A stretch of 58,046 nucleotides of DNA. Origin: a virus (Duplodnaviria > Caudoviricetes). Position 1 is the stretch's first letter; each line of letters begins with the position of its first letter. This document shows, piece by piece, positions 14,963 through 25,085 of this stretch. A program made the position numbers and the translations under genes. The stretch spans positions 1-58,046 of the IMG/VR virus record IMGVR_UViG_3300025652_006157. One strand, 5' to 3'. Under the pieces are notes generated by a model that saw only the letters and a list, made by a program, of their open reading frames with translations, searched no databases and had not been told where the DNA came from.

Positions 14963-15228
14963 TGACAGACGAAGAAATAAACAAACTTACTATAGCCGAG
15001 TGTATAGAAGCAATAAAAGAAGTAAAAAACAAAGAAGCAAATAGAAAGGTAAAAATAGCAAGTCTGAGGAAGGATATAGGGCTTCTAAATAATAAACTAG
15101 AGGCTCTGGAAGGGAGGGACATGTGGTGCAGTCCAGGAGATATCTTCTACCTAGAAAAAAGGCTGATAGACTTAGTACTTCAGGAGAATAATTTTACCCC
15201 CGCGCCGACTACCAAGATTTTAGACTGA
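14962..15228 (+). CDS. Hypothetical coiled-coil protein
   Basis: ORF between ligase halves. Confidence 0.55.
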   Translation: MTDEEINKLTIAECIEAIKEVKNKEANRKVKIASLRKDIGLLNNKLEALEGRDMWCSPGDIFYLEKRLIDLVLQENNFTPAPTTKILD

Positions 15229-15265
15229 CTTTTTAAGTATTACTTACGGGTGTTAATAAATTCGC

Positions 15266-15294
15266 TTGATTTTATCAGCCGATCAAAGTATAAT
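15266..15294 (+). promoter_or_regulatory. sigma70 promoter
   Basis: TTGATT-17-TATAAT. Confidence 0.8.
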
Positions 15295-15331
15295 ATACAT
15301 AATGAAAAAATAAAATAGCGAGGGTAACAAA

Positions 15332-16075
15332 ATGTTAAGCATTCCAACTCACTGCCCTTGTTGCGAAAGTTTACTTGAAAGGGTAACAGACCAGCTATTT
15401 TGTAGAAACGCAAGCTGTGAAGCTCAGAACTCGAAGCGTGTAGCTAGCTTTACAAACAAAGCTAAAATTAAAGGCTTCGGAGATAAAACTTTAGAAAAGC
15501 TAGGAGTAACTAGCATCCCTGATTTATATGAAGTTACACTAAGTAATCTAGTAGAAGTTATGGGATTAAAAATGGGCGAAAAACTCTTTACAGAGTTGGA
15601 AACCTCTAAAACAATGACATTAGCTACTTTCTTATCTGCACTAAGTATACCGCTGATCGGGAGATCCGCATCAGATAAGTTAGTTACTGTCATTTCCTCT
15701 ATTGAGGATATTAACCAAGAATCCTGTAAAGAAGCAGGCTTGGGAGAAAAAGCAACAGCAAGTCTCGTTAATTGGATAATAAGCGAGTACCCTAACTATA
15801 GTGAGATTCCTTTTAGTTTTACGGTAGAAAAACCGAGCACTAGTATTAAACTAGATGCAAACATTACTGTTTGTTGTACTGGTAAGATAGAAGGGCACAC
15901 TCGTAACTCTTTAGCAGAGTTACTAAATAGCTTAGGCGTGAAAGTTGGAAGCTCTGTCACAGGAAGTACAGCGTACTTGATATGTGAGGAGTTAAAAGGT
16001 TCTAGTAAAGAGAAGAAAGCAGAAGCTCTTGGAATCGAAATTATATCATTAACTAATTTTTTAAATAGGAAATAA
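15332..16075 (+). CDS. ligB: NAD-dependent DNA ligase subunit B (Zn finger/HhH/BRCT)
   Basis: PTHCPCC..LFCRN..C, IKGFG, LSIPLIG, BRCT (CCTGK..SSKEKKA). Confidence 0.93.
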   Translation: MLSIPTHCPCCESLLERVTDQLFCRNASCEAQNSKRVASFTNKAKIKGFGDKTLEKLGVTSIPDLYEVTLSNLVEVMGLKMGEKLFTELETSKTMTLATFLSALSIPLIGRSASDKLVTVISSIEDINQESCKEAGLGEKATASLVNWIISEYPNYSEIPFSFTVEKPSTSIKLDANITVCCTGKIEGHTRNSLAELLNSLGVKVGSSVTGSTAYLICEELKGSSKEKKAEALGIEIISLTNFLNRK

Positions 16076-16078
16076 AAC

Positions 16079-16819
16079 ATGTCAACATTACCAAAATGGG
16101 ATGAAGCTCGCGAAGCAACTTTAGTAGGTCTAGTAGGCGGAGTATCTGCAACAGAGATCCTAACGTCAGCAGTAGAGTCAGCGGCAACAGTATTAGAAAC
16201 ATCAACTCGTTCAGTAGCCTCTAAGCTACGTCGTATGGGTTATACAGTAGAATCATCTGTTAAAGAGCGCGTAAAAAGCTTTACAGATGCAGAAGAAGCA
16301 GAATTAGCGGCTTTCGTTGAAGACAATAGTGGTTCATTCACATATGCAGAAATTGCAGCTTCAGCGTTGGGCGGAAGTCACACAGCTAAGTCAATTCAAG
16401 GTAAGCTTTTAAGCATGGAATTAACTTCTCATGTTAAAGCTACTCCGAAGCAAGAAATTGCTAAAAAATATTCTGAAGCAGAAGAAGCTAAGTTTATTGC
16501 TATGGCTAAAGACGGCGCTTTCATTGAAGGTATTGCAGAAGCTTTAGGTAAATCAATCCAGTCTGTTCGTGGTAAAGCTCTTAGCTTAAACCGCCAACAT
16601 GGTTTAGATATCCCTAAACAGCGTGAATCAACAGCTAAAGCTGTAGTAGATCCTTTAGCCGCTCTAACTAATATCGCTGATATGACTGTAGAAGAAATAG
16701 CAGATAGCATTGATAAATCAGAACGTGGCGTTAAAACAATGCTTACACATCGTGGTTTGACTGCTAAAAATTATGATGGTGCTAAAAAAGCAGCAAAAAT
16801 CGCAGAACGTAAAGACTAG
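16079..16819 (+). CDS. T5 D5-like DNA-binding protein
   Basis: RSVASKLRRMGY, SIQGKLLSMELT, RGVKTMLTHRG; synteny after ligase B. Confidence 0.85.
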   Translation: MSTLPKWDEAREATLVGLVGGVSATEILTSAVESAATVLETSTRSVASKLRRMGYTVESSVKERVKSFTDAEEAELAAFVEDNSGSFTYAEIAASALGGSHTAKSIQGKLLSMELTSHVKATPKQEIAKKYSEAEEAKFIAMAKDGAFIEGIAEALGKSIQSVRGKALSLNRQHGLDIPKQRESTAKAVVDPLAALTNIADMTVEEIADSIDKSERGVKTMLTHRGLTAKNYDGAKKAAKIAERKD

Positions 16820-16863
16820 TAATAGTACTTAACCGATGCTGTTTTTTAAATAGCTAATTAACT

Positions 16864-16913
16864 AAGCGGAGGTAGGACTTAATTTATATTAAAAATCCTA
16901 CTTCCGCTTTTTT
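16864..16913 (+). terminator. Rho-independent terminator
   Basis: AAGCGGAGGTAGGA/TCCTACTTCCGCTT + T-run. Confidence 0.8.
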
Positions 16914-16926
16914 GTCTGAGAAATAT

Positions 16927-17325
16927 ATGAAATTTAACCCAAACAAGCCCTTTGAGTTAAAGGGCGGATTGTTATATACAATCCACACAATGGATAACGG
17001 GAAAGACCTTGGCTATCCTATAGTAGGAGAGGTTCAGCTAACCCCAAATAACTGGGTAGTTACAAAGTGGAAAACTGATGGTACTTGTTACCTAGCAGAT
17101 AAGCAGTTAAACTTATATAATCCAAAACCTGTTGTTAAAGCCTTAGTAGCATTACTACAAGATACTAGAACTAAAGAAGTATACGCACTAGGCGCGTTTG
17201 CTAACCTAGCCGACTTAGAAGAATATATACACTTTAACCATAGAGAATCTGCTATTATAGGAACATCTATGGTTAGTTTAACAGAAGGAGAATTCATTAA
17301 CAATGCAGGTAACTCTAGTATTTGA
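16927..17325 (+). CDS. Hypothetical protein
   Basis: ORF with YPIVG..W..DG motif seen in phage hypotheticals. Confidence 0.6.
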   Translation: MKFNPNKPFELKGGLLYTIHTMDNGKDLGYPIVGEVQLTPNNWVVTKWKTDGTCYLADKQLNLYNPKPVVKALVALLQDTRTKEVYALGAFANLADLEEYIHFNHRESAIIGTSMVSLTEGEFINNAGNSSI

Positions 17326-17611
17326 AGATCGTGAGTCCCTTACTGCAAAAGAGATAACTCAAAACTTAAAACACCTTTACGGAAGTAATGCTGATGTTAG
17401 TGTTACTCCGTCTGGTAATAGTCCTGAAAGCCATATTTATTTCGGACTTCAGGAACTGCTTACAACAACACAGGTTCACTCCTTCTTTGAGGATGGTCCA
17501 AATCTATATCAGGAAAGATTAGCAGTAACACGTAGAGAGATTCTAAATAAAGTAGAGGGAATTTTAAACCAACTCATTGTAGATAATGAGTCTAAACTAG
17601 TAGAAGAGTAA
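17303..17611 (+). CDS. Hypothetical protein
   Basis: AAGGAG RBS. Confidence 0.65.
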   Translation: MQVTLVFEDRESLTAKEITQNLKHLYGSNADVSVTPSGNSPESHIYFGLQELLTTTQVHSFFEDGPNLYQERLAVTRREILNKVEGILNQLIVDNESKLVEE

Positions 17612-17615
17612 CTAT

Positions 17616-19031
17616 ATGGCAACAGACATTTCAGGAGTAGTGCTGCATAAGTTACTTTCTAGCCCAGAGGAAGCGCTGGAAGTATTTCCAAAGCTTAAAC
17701 CTTCTTTCTTTGGTGCTGGGTATATAAACATTTATACAGCTATAACCAAGTTTTACACAAAAAGAAATGCTCTACCCTCTTTCTACGATTTATTACTAGT
17801 TAGCAGGGACGGGCTAACAAAAAATAGTATAAATTCTTTACAGGAATTAGAAGTCCCAGAAGATATAGATTGGCTCCTTTTACTAGAGGCGTTAATCGAC
17901 CAGTACACCCAAGATGAAACACTAACAAAACTAGATACGTTTCTTGATAACATAACATCTATGGATACTCAAGAGATAAAACAAAAGCTAACTGATATTG
18001 TATTCTATCTAGAAGAGAAAACGCACGTAGCAGAAGAAGTATATACTGCGGCAGATTTAACGCTGGCAGAAGATGAAGAGTTAGGTACTAGAGTACCTTT
18101 AGGTATTAATAATACCTTCGATGCTCTAACAGGCGGCATAGCCTTATCTGAGTTAATATTTATAGGCGGGGAGCGAGGCTCTGGTAAGTCTATTGTTGCT
18201 GTAAACATAGTAAACAATCAGTATTTACAGGGTAATGTTTCTGCACTATTTAGTATAGAAATGAGAGCGCAAGAAGTTTACTGGCGCATGTTGTCTTCTA
18301 TGGCAGGGGTAAGATTCTCAGCCATTAGGAAAAATACATTAACAGATGTAGAAGTAGGAAGAGTAGCTAAAGTTGTTAGTGAAATGTATGTTGATAGTTC
18401 AGAACTGTATGAGAAATTCGTTTCTAATAGAGACTATAAGGAATTAGAGAAAGGCTTATCAACAACTAAAAGACTAAAACCAGAAAACCAGTTAGTGATT
18501 ATTGATAATCAGCAATTAACATTGGCTGATATTGATATGAACATTCAAAAGTTAAAGTCGCAAGCTGGCGATAAGCTAAAAGTAGTGGTTGTCGATTATG
18601 TTAATCAGATTGAAATTGAAGACATATATAACTGGCAGTCTCAGATTACGTTATCTAAGGGATTAAAGAACTTAGCTAGAAAGCACAATATTGTTATAGT
18701 TGCTCCATACCAGATAGATAAAACTGGTGAGGCTAGGTTCGCCAAAGGACTGCTTGACGCAGTAGATATGGCGATTACGTTAAAAGCTGGGAAGGATTAC
18801 ATTGCTTTTGAAACTACGAAAGTTCGTAACATACCTGCAACTAAGTTCGCTAGTGGGATAGATTGGGAAACCTTGAACATATCTCCACAGGATGCGGTTA
18901 TTTCTACCGATGATGCAGTTGAGCCTTCTGAAGACGAAGAGAAATCTAAGTTCAAGAAGAAACCTAAGAAAGATGCAAAAGGCTACATAGTTAAAGCTGG
19001 AGAGCAGAAACCAGACGATTTACCATTCTAA
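17616..19031 (+). CDS. DnaB-like replicative helicase
   Basis: GGERGSGKS Walker A, FSIEM, VVVDYVNQ, ARFAKGLLD. Confidence 0.92.
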   Translation: MATDISGVVLHKLLSSPEEALEVFPKLKPSFFGAGYINIYTAITKFYTKRNALPSFYDLLLVSRDGLTKNSINSLQELEVPEDIDWLLLLEALIDQYTQDETLTKLDTFLDNITSMDTQEIKQKLTDIVFYLEEKTHVAEEVYTAADLTLAEDEELGTRVPLGINNTFDALTGGIALSELIFIGGERGSGKSIVAVNIVNNQYLQGNVSALFSIEMRAQEVYWRMLSSMAGVRFSAIRKNTLTDVEVGRVAKVVSEMYVDSSELYEKFVSNRDYKELEKGLSTTKRLKPENQLVIIDNQQLTLADIDMNIQKLKSQAGDKLKVVVVDYVNQIEIEDIYNWQSQITLSKGLKNLARKHNIVIVAPYQIDKTGEARFAKGLLDAVDMAITLKAGKDYIAFETTKVRNIPATKFASGIDWETLNISPQDAVISTDDAVEPSEDEEKSKFKKKPKKDAKGYIVKAGEQKPDDLPF

Positions 19032-19040
19032 GAGGTACTA

Positions 19041-19898
19041 ATGAACGTAGAAGAGTTACTAAATAAAAAAGATTTAAAGTTTAGACCAAGTGGTAACGAC
19101 TACTTGATTGAGTGCTTGAATCCAGACCACGATGATGGTAACCCTTCTATGCGTGTTGATAAGATTACAGGAGTATTCCACTGCTTAGCGTGTAGTTTTG
19201 CTGGTAGTATATATAAACATTTCAATATCAATGTATCTATGTTGGATAATAGAGTTTTATTCCTAAAGAGTAAGATACGTGCTATGTATGTGGATAACTT
19301 TATAATGCCTAAGGGTGCTGAGCCTTTTGTAACTCCTTTCAGAGACATATCTGTAAAAACTTTGAATCACTTCCAAGCCTTTACACACTCTGACTACGAG
19401 GATAGAATAGTATTCCCCATCAGGAATGATTCTGGAAATATCGCAGGATTTAACGCAAGGCACATGTACTCAGACGTTAATCCTAAGTATATATTCGATC
19501 CACCAGGAATGTCACTGTCTCTGTATCCTTTTGACGCAAAGCCTATCATGGATTCTATAATCCTAGTTGAAGGTTTGTTTGATATGTTAAACCTTCACGA
19601 TAAGGGATTTACCAATGCGGTTTGTACTTTTGGTACTGCCTTTGGTGCTACTAAGAAGAAAGAAACTCAAAAGGCAAATATCAACAAGTTGTTAAATTTT
19701 AAGTTGCGCGGCGTGTCAAAAATCTATATAATGTATGATGGAGATTTAGCTGGAAGGAACGCAACTAAAAATTTACTTGAATATTTGAGTGATGACTTCA
19801 TCGTTGAGCCTATAGACTTAGAAGATGATGTAGACCCTGGAAATTTAACACACGAAGATGTAAAATCATTAAAGGAAATGCTATATGACAATGCCTAA
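19041..19898 (+). CDS. DNA primase
   Basis: Zn-binding CLNPDHDD..FHCLAC; TOPRIM LVEGLFD, YDGD.AG. Confidence 0.93.
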   Translation: MNVEELLNKKDLKFRPSGNDYLIECLNPDHDDGNPSMRVDKITGVFHCLACSFAGSIYKHFNINVSMLDNRVLFLKSKIRAMYVDNFIMPKGAEPFVTPFRDISVKTLNHFQAFTHSDYEDRIVFPIRNDSGNIAGFNARHMYSDVNPKYIFDPPGMSLSLYPFDAKPIMDSIILVEGLFDMLNLHDKGFTNAVCTFGTAFGATKKKETQKANINKLLNFKLRGVSKIYIMYDGDLAGRNATKNLLEYLSDDFIVEPIDLEDDVDPGNLTHEDVKSLKEMLYDNA

Positions 19899-22161
19899 AG
19901 TGGCTATTATAGACAAGTACCCAAACAATACAAGATACAATCAGTTCTTTGATTTTGACTTTGACTTGTTACACTTATCTGATGTACGAAAAGATAAAAT
20001 ACTAAAGAAAGATATAACTTTAGACATAACCTTACAAGAAGGCTATGACTTCGTTATCCTAGTAGGCGCTGAGCCAGCCAAACATGTGGCTAAAATTACT
20101 GGTATAACTACTTCTCAAGGATTTTTAATTGAAGAAAGGTTTCTTCCTTTAACCAACCCTGCTATGGCTAAGATTAAGCCAGAGAGTTTGCCTGCTTTTA
20201 ATAAAGCGGTAGACAGTATAAATGCTTATATCAAAGGCGAACATGCTGAGATAGCTAAAGTAGAAACGTATTTCATTCAAGATGAAAATGTTGCTATTAA
20301 GTATATAACTAAGCTACTAGCTTCTGACTTTAAGTACTTATCTGTAGATACTGAGACAACCTCTTTATACGCTAGAGACGGTTATGTGTTAGGTATCTCT
20401 TTATCTCACAAAGAGAAGTTTGGTGTATACATTGACTCAGATTATATCTCTGACACAGTACAAAACCTACTTCAAAAGCTGTTCTTAGCTAAGACTTGCG
20501 TATTTCATAATGCAAAGTTTGATATTAAGATGCTAGAGTACCATTTCGATTTTGTATTTGATAAAGTCGAAGATACTATGATGATTCATTACTTACTAGA
20601 TGAAAGCCCAGGCACACACGGACTTAAGCCTTTAAGTATTAAGTACACAGACTTAGGCGACTATGATAAAGAGTTAGACGAGTTCAGAAATAACTACTGT
20701 AAAAACCATAAGATTAAGCGAGCAGACTTTACATATGATTTAATACCTGCCCCAATACTTTCAACTTATGCCGCTATAGATACTGCGGCAACTCTTGAAT
20801 TATTTAATAAGTTTTTCCCTTCTATTGAAGGCAGTGAAGGACTAACAAACGTATACAGAAATATCATGGTTCCAGCTATGAAGTTTCTTTGTGAAATGGA
20901 AGAAAATGGTGTACCTTTTAGCAGAGAACGTCTAAGAGAGGCTCAGGTTATCTTTGCGGCTAGATTGCATGACTTAAAGTCTTCTTTCTACTCATTTGAT
21001 GTAGTAAAGCAGTTTGAAGCTGCAACTAATAAAATATTCAACCCTAACTCAGTAATACACTTACGCACTATATTCTTTGATATGCTAAGATTACCTACAC
21101 CAGACAAGAGAACTGATACTGGTGCTATATCTACGGATAAAGAAGTTCTAGAAGAGCTTGGTAAGATTCATGCGCTTCCAAAGGCTATATCTGAATATAA
21201 GAAGATGTACAAGATCAAGTCTACTTATTTAGACAAGATTTTAATTGGGCTAGACAGTGATAATAGATTGCGCACAGGCTTTAACCTGACGACTACGACC
21301 TCCGGTCGACTTTCGTCTAGTGGTAAACTGAACATGCAACAGCTTCCTCGTGACGATAAGACTGTGAAACGCTGTATTAAGGCAAGAGAAGGATATGAGA
21401 TAGTCTCTCAAGATTTAAAAACCGCTGAAATGTATATTGCCGCAGTTCTATCTGGCGATGAGAAGCTGCGTTCTGTATTTATTGAAGGCGGAGATTTCCA
21501 TAGTTCAATGGCTAAGATTGCTTTCAATATTAATTGTCCTGTTGAAGAAATAGCTGAGAAGTATAAAGAACTACGCCAAGCGGCTAAAGCTGTAACCTTC
21601 GGTATTTTGTTCGGTTCTGGTGCGGCTAAAGTTGGTGAGTCTATTGGCAAGTCTACAGAAGAAGCTCAAGAGATTATCAATGAATACTTTGGTAACTTCC
21701 CTAAACTTAAGAAATGGCTTGATTTACAGAAACAGTTAATTAAACAGCATGGTGAGTTATATTCTGCCTTCGGTAGAAAACGTAGACTTAAAAATGCTTT
21801 TTCTAGTGATAGACAAGTATCTGGTCATGCTATACGTTCGGGTGTTAACTTCCAAATCCAATCAGTAAGTTCTGATTTGAACTTAATTGCGGCGTTCAAT
21901 ACACAGCTTCGTATTAAGCAAGAAAACCTAGATGTTAAAATATTCGCACTAGTACATGATAGTATTATTGCAGAAGTTAAGATAGAAGATAAAGCTAGAT
22001 ACCTACAAATAATGGCAGAAGAAACACAGAAAGATATGGGTGTTAGTATCCCTGGTTCTCCTGTTGGTCTTGATGTTGAAATAGGTGAAGATTACTCGTT
22101 TGTTAAAGCAGCTGCTCCTGAGATGGACGCAGAGAATGAATTTGCTTTATTAGATGAATAA
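19885..22161 (+). CDS. Family A DNA polymerase with 3'-5' exonuclease
   Basis: DTETT, HNAKFD, TSGRLSSS, QDLKTAE, RQAAKAVTFGILFG, LVHDSI. Confidence 0.96.
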   Translation: MTMPKVAIIDKYPNNTRYNQFFDFDFDLLHLSDVRKDKILKKDITLDITLQEGYDFVILVGAEPAKHVAKITGITTSQGFLIEERFLPLTNPAMAKIKPESLPAFNKAVDSINAYIKGEHAEIAKVETYFIQDENVAIKYITKLLASDFKYLSVDTETTSLYARDGYVLGISLSHKEKFGVYIDSDYISDTVQNLLQKLFLAKTCVFHNAKFDIKMLEYHFDFVFDKVEDTMMIHYLLDESPGTHGLKPLSIKYTDLGDYDKELDEFRNNYCKNHKIKRADFTYDLIPAPILSTYAAIDTAATLELFNKFFPSIEGSEGLTNVYRNIMVPAMKFLCEMEENGVPFSRERLREAQVIFAARLHDLKSSFYSFDVVKQFEAATNKIFNPNSVIHLRTIFFDMLRLPTPDKRTDTGAISTDKEVLEELGKIHALPKAISEYKKMYKIKSTYLDKILIGLDSDNRLRTGFNLTTTTSGRLSSSGKLNMQQLPRDDKTVKRCIKAREGYEIVSQDLKTAEMYIAAVLSGDEKLRSVFIEGGDFHSSMAKIAFNINCPVEEIAEKYKELRQAAKAVTFGILFGSGAAKVGESIGKSTEEAQEIINEYFGNFPKLKKWLDLQKQLIKQHGELYSAFGRKRRLKNAFSSDRQVSGHAIRSGVNFQIQSVSSDLNLIAAFNTQLRIKQENLDVKIFALVHDSIIAEVKIEDKARYLQIMAEETQKDMGVSIPGSPVGLDVEIGEDYSFVKAAAPEMDAENEFALLDE

Positions 22162-22663
22162 CCTAACATTAGATAAGATAGTATTCCCCGTATTTAAGTT
22201 AAGAAGCTATGACAAGATAGAAACCATAGACGGAATAACTACAGTATATACTTACTGGGGAGTATATATCTTGGATAATAAGAATCTAGCGGGAGATACT
22301 ATAGGGGCTAGACGTGTTAAGATAACAACGGATAATGTCTACAAGCTACAGAAAGTTATAAAGTCTCCTAGGGCTTTAATAGTAGGGGCTACAAGTAAGG
22401 ATACATACATAGACAATGCTGGCAGGATATTCTCCTATAAGAAGATGAAAAACTGCCTAGTAAGGTGCTATGAAATCAAAAGTACAGTGCGGGCTAACTC
22501 GAGAATAATAATTCACTTATATGACCACCCTATTCCCGTTGTTGTACCTATTGCGGCTTATGATAGTGAATATAAGTATGTAACTATTGTAAGATACGGG
22601 GAGTATTATTTAATGTACAGCTTAGAAAGAGAGTATGTAAAAGAATTTAAGAAGAAGCTATGA
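22154..22663 (+). CDS. Conserved T5-like hypothetical protein
   Basis: FPVFKLR, YILDNKN..G...RR; synteny between pol and D10. Confidence 0.75.
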   Translation: MNNLTLDKIVFPVFKLRSYDKIETIDGITTVYTYWGVYILDNKNLAGDTIGARRVKITTDNVYKLQKVIKSPRALIVGATSKDTYIDNAGRIFSYKKMKNCLVRCYEIKSTVRANSRIIIHLYDHPIPVVVPIAAYDSEYKYVTIVRYGEYYLMYSLEREYVKEFKKKL

Positions 22664-23949
22664 AGGCAGTAATAAGTAATAGAATATATTTAAACTACGA
22701 TGCAGACTTACTAGAGAAGCTGAAAGGTGTATTAACATACTCCTTTCAGCCTAGTAATCCTGAAGCAATGCCGGAGATAATATGTAACGCTACCTCTATA
22801 GGTACTAGAGCGATAACTATACCTTCTGGCAGGGTAGACTTAATCCCTAAAGGTTGGGAGATAGTTGATAAACGAGTTTATCCTGAATATAAGTTCCCCG
22901 AAATGGCGGCTAGTATTAAACTGAGACCAGACCAGCAAGAGATATATGATAATATAGAAGGTGACTGCATAATCAATGCACAACCTGGTTGGGGCAAGAC
23001 CTTTACAGGTTTAGCTATAGCCGCAAAGTTTGGTCTCAAGACTTTGATAGTGGTCCACAATGTCGCTTTGCGACAACAGTGGGAAGATGAATACTTTAAG
23101 ATGTTCGGTGAGCGTGCTGGTGTCATTGGTAGTGGTAGAAAGGATATTAATAGTCCTGTAGTTATTGCTAATGTACAAACCTTGTCTAAGATAGCGGGTG
23201 ATGTTGCGGATAAGTTCGGACTTATCATAATGGATGAAGTACATCATTGTCCTGCTTCTACCTTTAAGAATATTATAGATAAATCTAAGGCTAGTATTAA
23301 AGTGGGACTGTCTGCAACATTAGTACGAAGAGATAAGAAACATATCCTACTGTATGACTTCTTTGGTAAGAAGTTATTTAAACCTGAAGAGCAGAACAGG
23401 ATGAAACCTACGGTTACTATGGTATATACTGAGACTGAACTATCTAGTAATAGGATAATACCTTGGGCAACTAAAGTTAACTCTATAGCTAATAATATGC
23501 GACACAGGCACTTGATAATAGACCTAGCAAATAGTGCTATTGAGGGCGGGCATAAAACTTTAGTATTAGGAGATAGGGTAGAGTTTCTAGATTATTGCGC
23601 TTCACTAACTAAAAGTGCGGTTGCTATAACTGGGCAAACAGAAGATAGAAAGGCACTACTTAAAAGAGTCTTTACAGATATAGGGGCTATATACGGTACT
23701 ACCTCTATCTTCAAAGAAGGTATATCAGTGGATATTCTAAGCTGTGTGATTTTAGCCTTCCCTGTTAGTCACTTAAATCTAGGTATGTTAGAGCAAATAA
23801 TCGGTCGTATTACTAGAGAGTACGAAGGTAAGATGAATCCTCATATTATAGATGTATGCTACAAAGGGGCTACAGGTAAAAGGCAGGCAGCCGGAAGATT
23901 AAACTATTATATAAATATGGGGTATTCAGTTAAAGAAGTACGAATATGA
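22660..23949 (+). CDS. SF2 helicase (T5 D10-like)
   Basis: QPGWGKT, DEVHH, GLSAT, EQIIGRITR. Confidence 0.92.
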   Translation: MKAVISNRIYLNYDADLLEKLKGVLTYSFQPSNPEAMPEIICNATSIGTRAITIPSGRVDLIPKGWEIVDKRVYPEYKFPEMAASIKLRPDQQEIYDNIEGDCIINAQPGWGKTFTGLAIAAKFGLKTLIVVHNVALRQQWEDEYFKMFGERAGVIGSGRKDINSPVVIANVQTLSKIAGDVADKFGLIIMDEVHHCPASTFKNIIDKSKASIKVGLSATLVRRDKKHILLYDFFGKKLFKPEEQNRMKPTVTMVYTETELSSNRIIPWATKVNSIANNMRHRHLIIDLANSAIEGGHKTLVLGDRVEFLDYCASLTKSAVAITGQTEDRKALLKRVFTDIGAIYGTTSIFKEGISVDILSCVILAFPVSHLNLGMLEQIIGRITREYEGKMNPHIIDVCYKGATGKRQAAGRLNYYINMGYSVKEVRI

Positions 23950-24365
23950 TACTAAGGTACAACCTATTAAACTTACTTAAAACTATGAGTAAGTCAGAGA
24001 TATTATTTCATTTAGAAAGACGACTAACAGGCAGAATGATAACCGGAAAGGATATAATCGCATCCGCCGAACCCCTCCCCTCATTTTTACTTGAAAGCGA
24101 AAGCTATATTTGTTATAATAATACACTAAATGAGAATTTTAGAAATCGCGCTACTATCGAGGAGCGCATAGTATATCTTTACTTGGCAGGGAAGAGAGAC
24201 TTCCTAGAGTATAAAATGCGAGGAATTACTACTATCCCAGTAGAGTTTTCTGACCTCCCTGTAGAGAAGTTAAGGCTCAACAATCTCTTAGACATAAGAG
24301 ACAATTTAATTCACTTTAAAAACGTACCCACGACGTTGGGGAAATTCGGAGAAACAAAATGGTAG
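23946..24365 (+). CDS. Hypothetical protein
   Basis: Coupled ORF between D10 and D11. Confidence 0.7.
   Translation: MILRYNLLNLLKTMSKSEILFHLERRLTGRMITGKDIIASAEPLPSFLLESESYICYNNTLNENFRNRATIEERIVYLYLAGKRDFLEYKMRGITTIPVEFSDLPVEKLRLNNLLDIRDNLIHFKNVPTTLGKFGETKW
24091..24119 (+). promoter_or_regulatory. Intragenic sigma70 promoter upstream of D11
   Basis: TTGAAA-17-TATAAT. Confidence 0.6.
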
Positions 24366-25021
24366 CATTTGCAAAAGTTAATGGTTCAGCTAAAAAAGGC
24401 GAACTAGAGTATTTCAAATTCAAAGACGGAACTAACGTATTTCGTATGTTCGGTGGTATTCTAGCCCGTTATGTATACTGGGTTCCTACTAGAGATGGAA
24501 GCGGCTCAGTTCCTATCGAATGTTTATCATTCGATAGAGAAGAAGAACGCTTTACTAATCTAGAGCGAGACGTAGTATCAGAACACTTCCCAGACATTAA
24601 CTGTGGTTGGGCGTATATGGCGTTATGTCTTGACCCTGTAGACGGCAAAGTAAAAGCTTTAGGGCTTAAGAAAAAAATGTTCGAACAAATCATATTAGCT
24701 TCAGAGGATTTAGGCGACCCAACAGACCTTACAGATGGTTGGGCGGTAGCAGTTAATCGTAAGAAAACTGGACCAAAAGCGTTTAACGTTGAGTACACCG
24801 TAGAGGTTCTTAAATGCCAAAAGAATAAAGTACCTCTAACAGCAGAAGAAATAGTGATAGTTGAAGCATCTAAAACTATTGACGAGTACTTTCCTAGACA
24901 GACAGTAGAAGACCAGTTAGCGTTCTTAAAACGTTCTATTCTTCCAGAAGAAGAAGAAGGAAACGTAGACGAAGAAGCCGCCGCTGAGTTAGCCGCTTTA
25001 GACGATGATATCCCTATGTAA
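24359..25021 (+). CDS. T5 D11-like ssDNA-binding protein
   Basis: ARYVYW, ECLSFDR, LKKKMFEQI, DLGDPTD, acidic C-tail. Confidence 0.85.
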   Translation: MVAFAKVNGSAKKGELEYFKFKDGTNVFRMFGGILARYVYWVPTRDGSGSVPIECLSFDREEERFTNLERDVVSEHFPDINCGWAYMALCLDPVDGKVKALGLKKKMFEQIILASEDLGDPTDLTDGWAVAVNRKKTGPKAFNVEYTVEVLKCQKNKVPLTAEEIVIVEASKTIDEYFPRQTVEDQLAFLKRSILPEEEEGNVDEEAAAELAALDDDIPM

Positions 25022-25042
25022 TCTATAAGATTTAAGCAAACT

Positions 25043-25071
25043 AAAAAGCCCCGCACGTTGTGGGGCTTTTT
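25043..25071 (+). terminator. Rho-independent terminator
   Basis: AAAAAGCCCCGCA/TGTGGGGCTTTTT. Confidence 0.85.
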
Positions 25072-25085
25072 ACTCTTGGAGAAAT

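Noticed and set aside
13988-16075. Split DNA ligase as intron, intein or pseudogene
   Set aside because: A two-subunit NAD ligase is a normal T5-family trait; the second half has its own promoter and RBS
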